NCBI GenBank assembly: GCA_049678845.1
Contig: JBAUEX010000183.1
Coordinates: 1-56,286 of the forward strand
Origin: Candidatus Acidiferrales bacterium
Lineage (GTDB): Bacteria > Acidobacteriota > Terriglobia > Acidiferrales > UBA7541
DNA: 56,286 nucleotides
Direction: 5' to 3'
The notes beneath the pieces were generated by a model, which did not search any database, was not told the DNA's origin, and saw only the letters and a program-made list of their open reading frames with translations. Positions within the stretch are counted from its first letter, which is position 1. Each line of letters starts with the position of its first letter. The translations under genes and the position numbers were made by a program. Shown here piece after piece: positions 1 through 8,862 of this stretch.

Positions 1-66
1 CTGAACAATCCGCTCAGGCCGCATAGTCAACTGCCTTGCTAGGTCAAGACGGCCGTCGGAAGACGC

Positions 67-312
67 TTACGTCGTATCGGACTGCACTTGTTCCTTCGTT
101 CTGCCGGGCGTCATGTTCGGCGCGGGAAAAACGTAAAACCCCGCGGCTGGAATTGCCGAACGCATCGCCGAAAGCACCGTGTCTTCCTGCGGAATGCTCT
201 GGACGCCAACTTCCGCCAATCCCACCACCGTGTGCAGAAGCGCGCCCACGATAAAGACAACAATCCCACCCACCAGTGCGCCGAGGAGAACTCGCTTTGT
301 CATGGTTGGCAA
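67..312 (-). CDS. hypothetical small membrane protein (81 aa)
   Basis: Complete ORF with one clear hydrophobic helix (LLGALVGGIVVFIVGALL). No family recognised. Confidence 0.4.
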   Translation of the reverse strand: MPTMTKRVLLGALVGGIVVFIVGALLHTVVGLAEVGVQSIPQEDTVLSAMRSAIPAAGFYVFPAPNMTPGRTKEQVQSDTT

Positions 313-449
313 CCTCCGATTGGCGCGGGACTATAGCTTCGAAAGCAAATCCATGCAAGCGACACCGTAACTCGCAGCCATGGACATTTGGCGCGCGGAG
401 GCAACTTCTGTTAGCCTCCATCTCTTAAAACAGGAACAGGAGACCGGCG

Positions 450-1847
450 ATGAAATTTCGCACCCTGATTTTAGTCTTCGCAATTGCGTTCTTGCCCGCG
501 CCATTCCTGCGCGCGCAGCAAAGCAGCGACGTCAACAAACTCGCGCATGACATTTACAAACAGCTTATCGAAACCAACACCACCGAATCGATCGGCAACA
601 TGACCACCGCGGCCGACGAAATGGCCGCGCGATTGCGTGCTGCAGGATTTCCGGCGAGCGACGTGGTCGTTCTGGGCCAGGATGCTCGACACGGCAACGT
701 CGTGGCGCGAATTCATGGCCGTGGCGCGCGCAAGCCCATTCTGTTCCTTGCGCATCTTGACGTGGTGGAAGCGAATCGCGCCGACTGGTCCATCGATCCG
801 TTCAAGCTCACCGAGAAAGACGGGTTTTTCTACGGGCGCGGCACAAGCGACGTCAAGGATGGCGACGCGATTCTGGTCACCAACTTCATTCGCTTGAAAC
901 AGAAAGGCTACAAACCCGACCGCGATTTGATTCTGGCACTCACATCAGACGAAGAGGGCGGCGATTTCAACGGGGTCTCTTGGCTGCTCGAACACCATCG
1001 CGACCTGATCGATGCCGAATATTGCATCAACACGGACGGCGGCGATTTTCAGCTCAAGAATGGCAAGCCTCTGCTAGCGTCAATCCAGACGAGCGAGAAG
1101 ATCTACGCTGATTTCCAACTTCAGGTGCGGAACAAGGGCGGCCACAGCTCGTTGCCGGTGCCCGACAATGCGATCTACCACTTGGCAAACGGCCTCGTGC
1201 GCCTATCGAAATATGCATTTCCCGTCCAACTGAACGAAGCAACGCGTACTTTTTTCGAACGTATGGCGATCATCGATCGCGGTCCGCTTTCAAAGGAAAT
1301 GGAAGGCGCTGCGAAGAATCCTCCCGATCGCGCCGCGATTGATTTGCTTTCGGCGTCGCCCTATTACAACGCGCTGCTGCGTACCACGTGCGTGGCCACT
1401 CGCCTCGATGCGGGACAGGCCAACAACGCCCTGCCTCAAGACGCACGCGCTATCGTAAACTGCCGCATCTTGCCCGGCGGCACGCAAAAGGAAACGGAGG
1501 AGACGCTCGTCAGAGTTCTGAATGATCCGCAGATCAAGGTCACGCCGGTGGCGCCCCCGCACGATAGTCCCGCCTCGCCGTTGCGTAAAGACGTCCTGCA
1601 GACGACGGAGCTGGCTGTGAAGGCCGTCTGGCCCGGCGTTCCGGTTGTGCCAGTGATGGATACGGGCGCGAGCGACGGTTACCGTCTGCGCGCGGCCGGA
1701 ATTCCGACATATGGCATCTCGGGAGTGTTTATTGATATGGACGACGTGCGCGCACACGGGCGTGATGAACGCATCCTCGAAACTTCGTTTTATCAGGGGG
1801 TGAATTTCTTCTACCGATACATCAGGGCGCTGTCGTCAGGCGATTGA
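450..1847 (+). CDS. secreted M20/M25/M40 family metallopeptidase
   Basis: N-terminal signal peptide (MKFRTLILVFAIAFLPAPFLRAQQ). Typical M20 motifs are present: AHLDVV, GRGTSDVKDG, SDEEGG. Confidence 0.85.
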   Translation: MKFRTLILVFAIAFLPAPFLRAQQSSDVNKLAHDIYKQLIETNTTESIGNMTTAADEMAARLRAAGFPASDVVVLGQDARHGNVVARIHGRGARKPILFLAHLDVVEANRADWSIDPFKLTEKDGFFYGRGTSDVKDGDAILVTNFIRLKQKGYKPDRDLILALTSDEEGGDFNGVSWLLEHHRDLIDAEYCINTDGGDFQLKNGKPLLASIQTSEKIYADFQLQVRNKGGHSSLPVPDNAIYHLANGLVRLSKYAFPVQLNEATRTFFERMAIIDRGPLSKEMEGAAKNPPDRAAIDLLSASPYYNALLRTTCVATRLDAGQANNALPQDARAIVNCRILPGGTQKETEETLVRVLNDPQIKVTPVAPPHDSPASPLRKDVLQTTELAVKAVWPGVPVVPVMDTGASDGYRLRAAGIPTYGISGVFIDMDDVRAHGRDERILETSFYQGVNFFYRYIRALSSGD

Positions 1848-1897
1848 TCGGGCTCGTGATTCAATGGAGACCATTAATTAACGCGGCACTGTGCTGA

Positions 1898-2515
1898 TTA
1901 CTTTCTCGTTTGTGCTGTGACACGCGAGTAAGTCGTTGCTAGGGTCGATGTCGCGCCTCCCGGCCCTTCGCCGAGCAAGCGCACCACAAAATGATCCGCG
2001 TCCTGCTGTTCGACGATTACGCGCAGCGTCTGCTTAGAACCATCGGGGCCGATGAACGCGCCTGTGTAGCGGACGGTCTTGCCGTTATCGTCGCTCGAGC
2101 CGTCGAGCACGAGAAACGCTGTCGAGCCGTTGTAAATCCAGATGGCTTCATATTGCTTCGAGCCGTTGTTGTATCCGTATAGCCGCAGCCCAGCCGACGG
2201 CTGGCCGAATGATTCACCAGAATTTTCTTCTTCGAGGAAACGTCCGCCGAGGATGGGCTTCAGAGTTGCGGTTCCCGTCGATTCCTGCGGCTCGGTCCCG
2301 GGCGCCGAAAACGTCATCGCAGTTGCGTACTTCCCCGCGCGTTTCATCAATTGCGCATGAATCGGCCCCGGTTGCGCTGCTTCGGCGACCGCTTGCTCCA
2401 TATCCTCCTGCGTTGGCGGCGCGGGCTTTTGGGCAGACTGCGCCTGAACACAGCCAACTCCGGCAATAAAAATGAGCCCCGTCAAAGCGGCGCTGAACTT
2501 CGATAATTTCATCAT
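1898..2515 (-). CDS. DUF1579-like secreted protein
   Basis: The track ORF extends to 2605, but the signal peptide starts at MMKLSKFSAALTGLIFIAGVGCVQAQ (ATG at 2515). The LGGRF...YGYNNGSKQYEAIWIYNGST pattern resembles DUF1579. Confidence 0.6.
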   Translation of the reverse strand: MMKLSKFSAALTGLIFIAGVGCVQAQSAQKPAPPTQEDMEQAVAEAAQPGPIHAQLMKRAGKYATAMTFSAPGTEPQESTGTATLKPILGGRFLEEENSGESFGQPSAGLRLYGYNNGSKQYEAIWIYNGSTAFLVLDGSSDDNGKTVRYTGAFIGPDGSKQTLRVIVEQQDADHFVVRLLGEGPGGATSTLATTYSRVTAQTRK

Positions 2516-2647
2516 TGGATTCACTGTCCTTTGCGAATCGAGCTGTATCAACAACCAAGCATTCTTGTCCCTATAATTAAAGAACTGAGCCATGATTTCG
2601 CTCAAGGGTTGCCTTCAGGGAGAAGTCGTCTGGGCAGGCTAGCGAAG

Positions 2648-3388
2648 CTACTTGATGCGCTCGTCTTTTTCGACTTTGCCGTCGCGCAGACGGATAACGC
2701 GGTGGGCATGCTGCGCGATGTCCGGCTCGTGGGTTACCAGGATGATGGTATTGCCTTCGCCATGGAGCCGCGCAAATAACGCCATAATTTCCTCGCCGGT
2801 TTGCGAATCGAGGTTTCCGGTCGGTTCGTCGGCCAGGAGGATGGATGGGTTGTTCACCAACGCGCGCGCAATTGCTACGCGTTGCCGCTGGCCGCCGGAC
2901 AGTTCATTCGGTTTGTGCATCATGCGTTCTGTGAGTTCGACTTGCGCGAGGGCTTTCCGGGCACGTTCTTGCCGTTCTCCCGATGGCGTACCGTTATAAA
3001 TCATCGGCAGCTCGACGTTATGGAGCGCCGTCGCGCGCGGCAACAGGTTGAACGTCTGAAACACGAATCCGATTTCCTTGTTACGAATGTAGGCCAGCTC
3101 GTCGTCATCAAGATCGCTGACCAACCGGCCTGCGAGCCAATAGCATCCTTTCGACGGTGAATCGAGGCAACCGATCAAGTTCATCAGTGTTGATTTGCCT
3201 GAACCCGACGGTCCCATGATCGCAGCATATTCGCCTTTGCGAATCTCGACGTTCACGCCGCGCAGCGCGTGCACTTGCTCGGAGCCCATTTCATAGGTCT
3301 TCCACAGGTCTTCGGTGCAGATCACCACGCCCGTATCGATCAGATCCTGGATAAACGACTGTGAAGAGGTAGCTTCCCCGACCACCAT
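2648..3388 (-). CDS. ABC transporter ATP-binding protein (MacB/LolD-type)
   Basis: Walker [10 protein letters not shown], signature [15 protein letters not shown], Walker [15 protein letters not shown] lies about 10 nt upstream of the ATG. Confidence 0.9.
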   Translation of the reverse strand: MVVGEATSSQSFIQDLIDTGVVICTEDLWKTYEMGSEQVHALRGVNVEIRKGEYAAIMGPSGSGKSTLMNLIGCLDSPSKGCYWLAGRLVSDLDDDELAYIRNKEIGFVFQTFNLLPRATALHNVELPMIYNGTPSGERQERARKALAQVELTERMMHKPNELSGGQRQRVAIARALVNNPSILLADEPTGNLDSQTGEEIMALFARLHGEGNTIILVTHEPDIAQHAHRVIRLRDGKVEKDERIK

Positions 3389-3437
3389 TAAATTATGGCT
3401 CCTCGAATTTCCAATTACAGAGGTGCGCTTTCGTTGT

Positions 3438-4847
3438 TTACGACGCCGATTGATCCGTGATCACTGGGGTAGAGTTGTCCACTTTGATCGCGGAACCCGA
3501 GCGCAACGTGCGCAGCGCCTTGTAGCTTCCGGTAACGATTACGTCGCCGGCTTTGAGCCCGCTGGTTACCTCGATATCCGTTATACCCGTGATCCCTGTT
3601 TGCACCGGCACAAATACGGCCTTGCCAGCGCGCACGACGAACACACCCTGCACGTCATCATTGGCGGGCGTTCCATCCGGATTGGTCGCTGGCTTTGCCG
3701 CCGCCAACGTTACCCCCGATTCCTTATTGTTTTTCTCTTGATCGGCTTTCAATTCCTCGCGCGAGCGCATGGCCAGCGCCTGAATTGGAATCGTCAGTAC
3801 GTCAGTGCGGTATGCCGTCTGGATCTTCGCAGTGCACGACAGTCCGGGCCGCGTCTGCTTGGGCGGGTTGTCGAGTCTGACGTGTACTTTGAAATCGCGC
3901 GCCTCTTGGCTGTTCGCGGAAGTCTGTTGCGTCGTCGCCAATCCCGACGTGCGGAGAATGGCCTCTTCTCCCACATCCGCCACGTGTCCCTTGAAGATTT
4001 GGCCTGGATAGGCGTCGATCGTGACGTCAGCCGATTGTCCGACTTTCACACTGGGGATGTCGGTCTCGTCCACCATTACTTCCGCATTTACCACAGCCAT
4101 GTCGGAGATGGTCAGCAGGAAACTGCCTTCGGCGTTCTGGATGCCGGGAACCACGTTTTCGCCGACTTTCACCGGGACATATGTGACGATTCCGCTGATG
4201 GGGGCCTCATAGGTTGTTTTGTTCAAGACGTCGCGCTGGTGAATTAGAGTTGCCGCAGATTGCTGTTGCTGATATCCAGATTGCGAAAGCAGGGCGCGGG
4301 CTTGTTGCGCGCGCGCCTTACTCGCTGCAAGAGCAGCGACGTCCGCGTCGTGCGTAGCTTTCAATGCATCGAAGTCCTGCTTCGGGATCAATCCTTCTTT
4401 GTAGAGACTCTGGCCGCGCTTCCAGTCCTGTTCCGCCTTATCGAGGTTCGCCTGGGCCTGCGCAACATCGGCCTGTGTCGACGTATCGTTCGCTTCGGCC
4501 GATTGCACCCCGGCTTGCATCGCCTGGAGGTTGGCTTGCTGCGCCTTAACGTCTGCGGCTGGCTGAATGCTCTCCACCCGCAACAGAACGTCGCCCTTCT
4601 TGACGATGTCGCCCTCTTTTACATCGATGTCTGTAATCTTGCCGAATCCTTGTCCCAGAACGTTTGTATAGTCCTGTGGGCGAATCTCCCCAGAGGCGGT
4701 CACGAGCGAAGTGATGCTTTGCTTGGCCACCTGCCCGGTTTGCACCGTGACCACGCCCTTGTTCGCTTGCTTGATGCTCACCACCACAATAATCAGGAGC
4801 ACGGCGACAGCGCCGACGATCAAAGCTACTTTCTTCCACGTTTTCAT
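3438..4847 (-). CDS. efflux transporter periplasmic adaptor subunit (HlyD/MacA family)
   Basis: N-terminal TM anchor, a long coiled-coil ([18 protein letters not shown]...), and barrel-sandwich and beta-barrel segments. It lies directly upstream of the ABC ATPase. Confidence 0.85.
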   Translation of the reverse strand: MKTWKKVALIVGAVAVLLIIVVVSIKQANKGVVTVQTGQVAKQSITSLVTASGEIRPQDYTNVLGQGFGKITDIDVKEGDIVKKGDVLLRVESIQPAADVKAQQANLQAMQAGVQSAEANDTSTQADVAQAQANLDKAEQDWKRGQSLYKEGLIPKQDFDALKATHDADVAALAASKARAQQARALLSQSGYQQQQSAATLIHQRDVLNKTTYEAPISGIVTYVPVKVGENVVPGIQNAEGSFLLTISDMAVVNAEVMVDETDIPSVKVGQSADVTIDAYPGQIFKGHVADVGEEAILRTSGLATTQQTSANSQEARDFKVHVRLDNPPKQTRPGLSCTAKIQTAYRTDVLTIPIQALAMRSREELKADQEKNNKESGVTLAAAKPATNPDGTPANDDVQGVFVVRAGKAVFVPVQTGITGITDIEVTSGLKAGDVIVTGSYKALRTLRSGSAIKVDNSTPVITDQSAS

Positions 4848-5212
4848 AGCATTTTCCCTGCGAATCCGACCCTTAACGAGCAGAATTCCATGTCCTCATG
4901 TTAATACGCCCTGGAGGGACGAAAAGTTTCGTCGCGCAGCGCCCCGGCGGCTTTACCTTCACGATATGATTGCTGGTTACGGGCGACTCTGTCCTTAGGC
5001 CTCTATACTAATCGACATTGCCCAAAGTTCAAAACGCTCACTTTTTGGATTTGCTTACTCCTTAGACGCCGCCACTCGGTATTTCGTTGGGGCAGGAGTT
5101 AAGGAAAATCAACGGAAAAGTAGCAACGGTGCCGCTTTGAGAAATGGACAGGCAACCTTTGAGCAGCCATCGCGAATCCGAATCGTAAGCCTCACTAGCG
5201 GCATAAGTTAGC

Positions 5213-5241
5213 TTGACGGGTGTTTGCAGGGAGAATAGAAT
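5213..5241 (+). promoter_or_regulatory. sigma-70-like promoter for the GWxTD gene
   Basis: TTGACG (5213-5218), 17-nt spacer, TAGAAT (5236-5241), about 25 nt upstream of the ATG at 5266. Confidence 0.35.
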
Positions 5242-5265
5242 TCCACTGTTCGGGGGAATCCAGCT

Positions 5266-6936
5266 ATGAAGCGAAGCCTAGGAGTGTCGATACTCGCACT
5301 TGCGTGCGGATTGGTTTTTATCGTTTCGCTTGCGCACGCCCAGGATTCGCAACAGCAGGACCAGGATAGCTCCGCCAAACAACTGGAAAAGGCAAAGAAG
5401 AAAAAACAGAAGAGCCTCGAACAAGAGCTACTTCCCGTCTATCGCCAGTGGCTTAACGGGCCGGTCTCGTACATCATCACATCCGAAGAGCGTTCCGCTT
5501 TCCTGCATCTGGAGACGAACGAAGAGCGCGAAAATTTCATCGAGAACTTCTGGCAGCGCCGCAATCCGGATCCCGAATCGGCTGAGAACACTTATAAAGA
5601 GGAGTACTACCGGCGCATCGCTTATACCAATGAGCATTACTCTTCCGGCATTCCTGGTTGGAAAACGGACCGCGGCCGCATTTACATCATGTGGGGCAAG
5701 CCTGACGAGGTGGATGCTCACCCCGCTGGTGGACCTTACAGTCGGCCTTTCGAAGAAGGCGGCGGCGAGACGTCAACCTATCCGTTCGAGGATTGGCGCT
5801 ACCGTTATCTGCCGGGTATCGGCGAAAACGTTCAAATAGAATTCGTGGATCCCTCCGGCAGCGGCGAGTATCACTTGACCATGGATCCCAGCGAAAAAGA
5901 CGCCCTGTTGTATGTCCCTGGGGCTGGCTTGACCGAGATGGAAGCCATGGGCATGGCTTCCAAAACCCAGCGGTTCCAGAACACTGATGGCACTCATGAT
6001 GGGCAGCCGCTCGGTGGACAGCTTGAAAGCCAGAACGAATTTAGCCGTCTCGATCTCTATGCCAAGATTCAGACGCCGCCTCCGGTGAAATTCAAGGATC
6101 TCGAGGAAGTGGTGGATACGCGGATGACCGCCAACCAAATCCACTTTGACTGCCATTCCGATTTCTTGCGAATCACCGACGACACCGATCTCGTTCCGAT
6201 CACCATTCAGATTCCCAACAAGGACATGAGTTTCCAGGACAAAAACGGCGTGCAGATTGCCACGTTGCACTTGTTCGCTCGCGTCACCAGTGTCAGCGGG
6301 CGCGTGGTCCAGACGTTCGAAGACACGGTCTCGGCCGATACGCCCGACTCGCTCATGCAGCAATATTTAAAGGGGTACAACATTTACCAGAAGGCTCTGC
6401 CTCTGCGTCCCGGTCTTTATCGGCTCGACGTTGTTCTGAAAGACATCAATAGCGGCAATCTGGGCGTAATCAATACTCGTTTGCAGGTCCCACGCTTCGA
6501 GGACGATCGACTCGGCGCCAGCTCCCTTATCCTGGCCGACGAAATTCAAAAGGTTTCTTCGCGCGATATCGGCCTGGGAGAATTTGTCCTCGGAGATCTC
6601 AAAGTCCGTCCGAAACTCAATGCCGCTTTCGATGAAGGCGGGCAGATGGGCATTTTTCTGCAGGTTTACAATCTCAAAGTTGATGCCAAGACTCACGAGG
6701 GTGATGCCACAATCCAGTATCAGGTGTTGAATGAAAGCAATGCCCCGGTCGTGAAGTTCTCGGAAAACTCACGGCAATATAATCAGCACGGCGAAGAAAT
6801 CTGGATTGAGAAGGCCCTCGACCTCAAATCACTTGCGCCGGGCAGCTATAAGCTTCAGATTCAGATCACTGACAACGCCGACAAACAGACAATTTCTCCC
6901 TCGGCGAATTTCACGGTCCGGGCTCCCTCGAAATGA
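5266..6936 (+). CDS. GWxTD domain-containing secreted protein
   Basis: Signal peptide, literal GWKTDRGRIYIMWGKPDE motif, and a long beta-rich C-terminal part. Confidence 0.75.
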   Translation: MKRSLGVSILALACGLVFIVSLAHAQDSQQQDQDSSAKQLEKAKKKKQKSLEQELLPVYRQWLNGPVSYIITSEERSAFLHLETNEERENFIENFWQRRNPDPESAENTYKEEYYRRIAYTNEHYSSGIPGWKTDRGRIYIMWGKPDEVDAHPAGGPYSRPFEEGGGETSTYPFEDWRYRYLPGIGENVQIEFVDPSGSGEYHLTMDPSEKDALLYVPGAGLTEMEAMGMASKTQRFQNTDGTHDGQPLGGQLESQNEFSRLDLYAKIQTPPPVKFKDLEEVVDTRMTANQIHFDCHSDFLRITDDTDLVPITIQIPNKDMSFQDKNGVQIATLHLFARVTSVSGRVVQTFEDTVSADTPDSLMQQYLKGYNIYQKALPLRPGLYRLDVVLKDINSGNLGVINTRLQVPRFEDDRLGASSLILADEIQKVSSRDIGLGEFVLGDLKVRPKLNAAFDEGGQMGIFLQVYNLKVDAKTHEGDATIQYQVLNESNAPVVKFSENSRQYNQHGEEIWIEKALDLKSLAPGSYKLQIQITDNADKQTISPSANFTVRAPSK

Positions 6937-6956
6937 CGGCGGGAGGTAAAAGCAAG

Positions 6957-8675
6957 ATGAGCTCTCGACTTTTTGGCGCGTTGATTTTGATCCTCGGATT
7001 GTTCGCTGGCGTTGCGTCCCGGGTCGCCGCGGAATCTCAACCAGGAAAAATCGCCGGCGTGGTGCTAGATCCAAGCGGCGTGCCGCAAATGGGCGCTACG
7101 GTTGTGGTCACCGCCAAATCGCTGAGCCCTACTTCCGTGCGCTTGCTCACCAATGAGCAGGGACGCTTCGCTACGGCCGCACTTCTGCCTGGAATTTACT
7201 CCGTAAACGTCACCCTGGCGGGGTTCCTGCCCTCCCTTCAGCCGAGTGTACCGGTCACAAGCAGCCGCACCACCAGTTTGCAGATTGAGCTTGGCTCTCT
7301 TTTCACGGGACTCAGCGATTTCCACCGCCGCTCCAATGAAAAACCGGACGATGCCGAATGGGGCTGGGTGCTGCGCTCATCGCCAAGCACACGTCCCATT
7401 TTGCGCTGGCAGAATGGACGGCTCGTCCTTGCGCAAGGACAGGAATCGTCGAGCGAAGCGGCATCTTCTAATCGCCAGCCGCGCAGTCGCATCGATTTCA
7501 CCTCCGGCATGCGTCCGGGGTCAGCCACCGGTTTTTCCGATTCGCCCGCCACGTCTTTTGCCTTCGACGAGGGTATTGGCGCAACCGGCCAGCTTCTCGT
7601 TGCTGGTCAGGTAAGTTATGAAAGCCAAACCACCAGCGGCGGCTTTGCCACTCTCTGGCTGCCCGAAGGTAACGGGAAGGAAGGTCCTTCGACCAGTCTC
7701 GTTGTTCGCCAGTCCCGCCTGGGTGCGAATGGCCCGATGTTCCGGGGCCTGCGCCTTGACCAGACCGGTGTTCTTCCTCTGAGTGACGCCGTTACCCTTC
7801 GCTACGGCGCCGAGTATTTACTGACCAGCATGGGAAGCGAAACGACCACAGGCCTTCGACCTCGCGCGGAATTGGCGATTCGACTTTCTCCTGACTGGCA
7901 GGCTTCTCTGTTGCTGGCGTCGCGTCCATGGCCGGAGTCGAGCCCCGAAGCTACCGCGCCTCTGGAATCCGCGCTGGATTCCCTCGATGCATTCCCAACG
8001 ATGCTGTTCCGTGATGGGCGGCCGGTCCTTGAGGACGGCTGGCACGAAGAGCTCGCCGTAGAGCGTCTTTTTGCGCATCACAGCCGGCTAATGCTCGCGG
8101 GATTCCACGATCGCTCAAATGACACGGCTGTCTTCGGCCAGGGCAATGTGATCGACAATGCTAATTTTCTTCAGGATTTCTTTACCGATGGCTTCGCCTA
8201 CGATGCAGGGACTTCCGATTCCTGGGGAGCTCGCGCCGCCTTTCAGCAAAAGTTCTCCAAAGATCTTTCGGCAACCGTGGTGTACGCTTGGGCGGGGGCG
8301 CTCGCTCCCGCAGCGAATTCGCAGCCGAATGGCAGCTTGAGGGATGCGCTAAGCACCCAATATCGTCACAGTATTGCAGGCTCAGTCTCCTCCCGAATTC
8401 CAGTTGTGGGGACTCAGCTAACCACCGGTTACAAATGGATCAATGGCATGGTCGTTTCCCGGCAAGATGAATATGGCGAGGCATTTTTCCACCTGGATCC
8501 ATATTTTAATCTGGTAATCCACCAGCCCATTCCTTGCTTGCGCCGCATGCAAGCCATGGCCGACTTCGGGAACCTTCTGGCCCAAGGATATGTCCCGATG
8601 ACGACCCGAGACGGCCACATCGTGATGGTGGCGGCGTATCGGACGTTCCGCGGCGGCATCAGCGTCCAGTTCTGA
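6957..8675 (+). CDS. carboxypeptidase regulatory-like domain protein, probable outer-membrane beta-barrel
   Basis: CarboxypepD_reg-like N-terminus (GKIAGVVLDPSGVPQMGATVVVTA) and a C-terminal ...GGISVQF ending in an aromatic residue. The track start at 6933 overlaps the upstream stop (ATGA). ATG 6957 starts the signal peptide MSSRLFGALILILGLFAG and follows GGGAGG. Confidence 0.65.
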   Translation: MSSRLFGALILILGLFAGVASRVAAESQPGKIAGVVLDPSGVPQMGATVVVTAKSLSPTSVRLLTNEQGRFATAALLPGIYSVNVTLAGFLPSLQPSVPVTSSRTTSLQIELGSLFTGLSDFHRRSNEKPDDAEWGWVLRSSPSTRPILRWQNGRLVLAQGQESSSEAASSNRQPRSRIDFTSGMRPGSATGFSDSPATSFAFDEGIGATGQLLVAGQVSYESQTTSGGFATLWLPEGNGKEGPSTSLVVRQSRLGANGPMFRGLRLDQTGVLPLSDAVTLRYGAEYLLTSMGSETTTGLRPRAELAIRLSPDWQASLLLASRPWPESSPEATAPLESALDSLDAFPTMLFRDGRPVLEDGWHEELAVERLFAHHSRLMLAGFHDRSNDTAVFGQGNVIDNANFLQDFFTDGFAYDAGTSDSWGARAAFQQKFSKDLSATVVYAWAGALAPAANSQPNGSLRDALSTQYRHSIAGSVSSRIPVVGTQLTTGYKWINGMVVSRQDEYGEAFFHLDPYFNLVIHQPIPCLRRMQAMADFGNLLAQGYVPMTTRDGHIVMVAAYRTFRGGISVQF

Positions 8676-8804
8676 ACCCGAGCGGATGGTACTGGATTTG
8701 GTATCCCATCTCCTGAAATATGGAACCAAGGCCTAACGGAGCAAAGGATTTCCTGTACCAACCTGATTTTGAGCGTCTTATGAGCCCCGCAAAATCCCAT
8801 GTTC

Positions 8805-8820
8805 TGGAACCCAACGTGCA
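8805..8820 (+). promoter_or_regulatory. sigma-54-like -24/-12 element upstream of the kinase gene
   Basis: TGGAAC-N5-GTGCA has the correct GG-N10-GC spacing and lies 43 nt before the ATG at 8863. It has two mismatches to TGGCAC-N5-TTGCA. Confidence 0.3.
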
Positions 8821-8862
8821 CTAGTTTCAGCGGGGTAGTGTAACTGTGTTCGGACATCGCTA

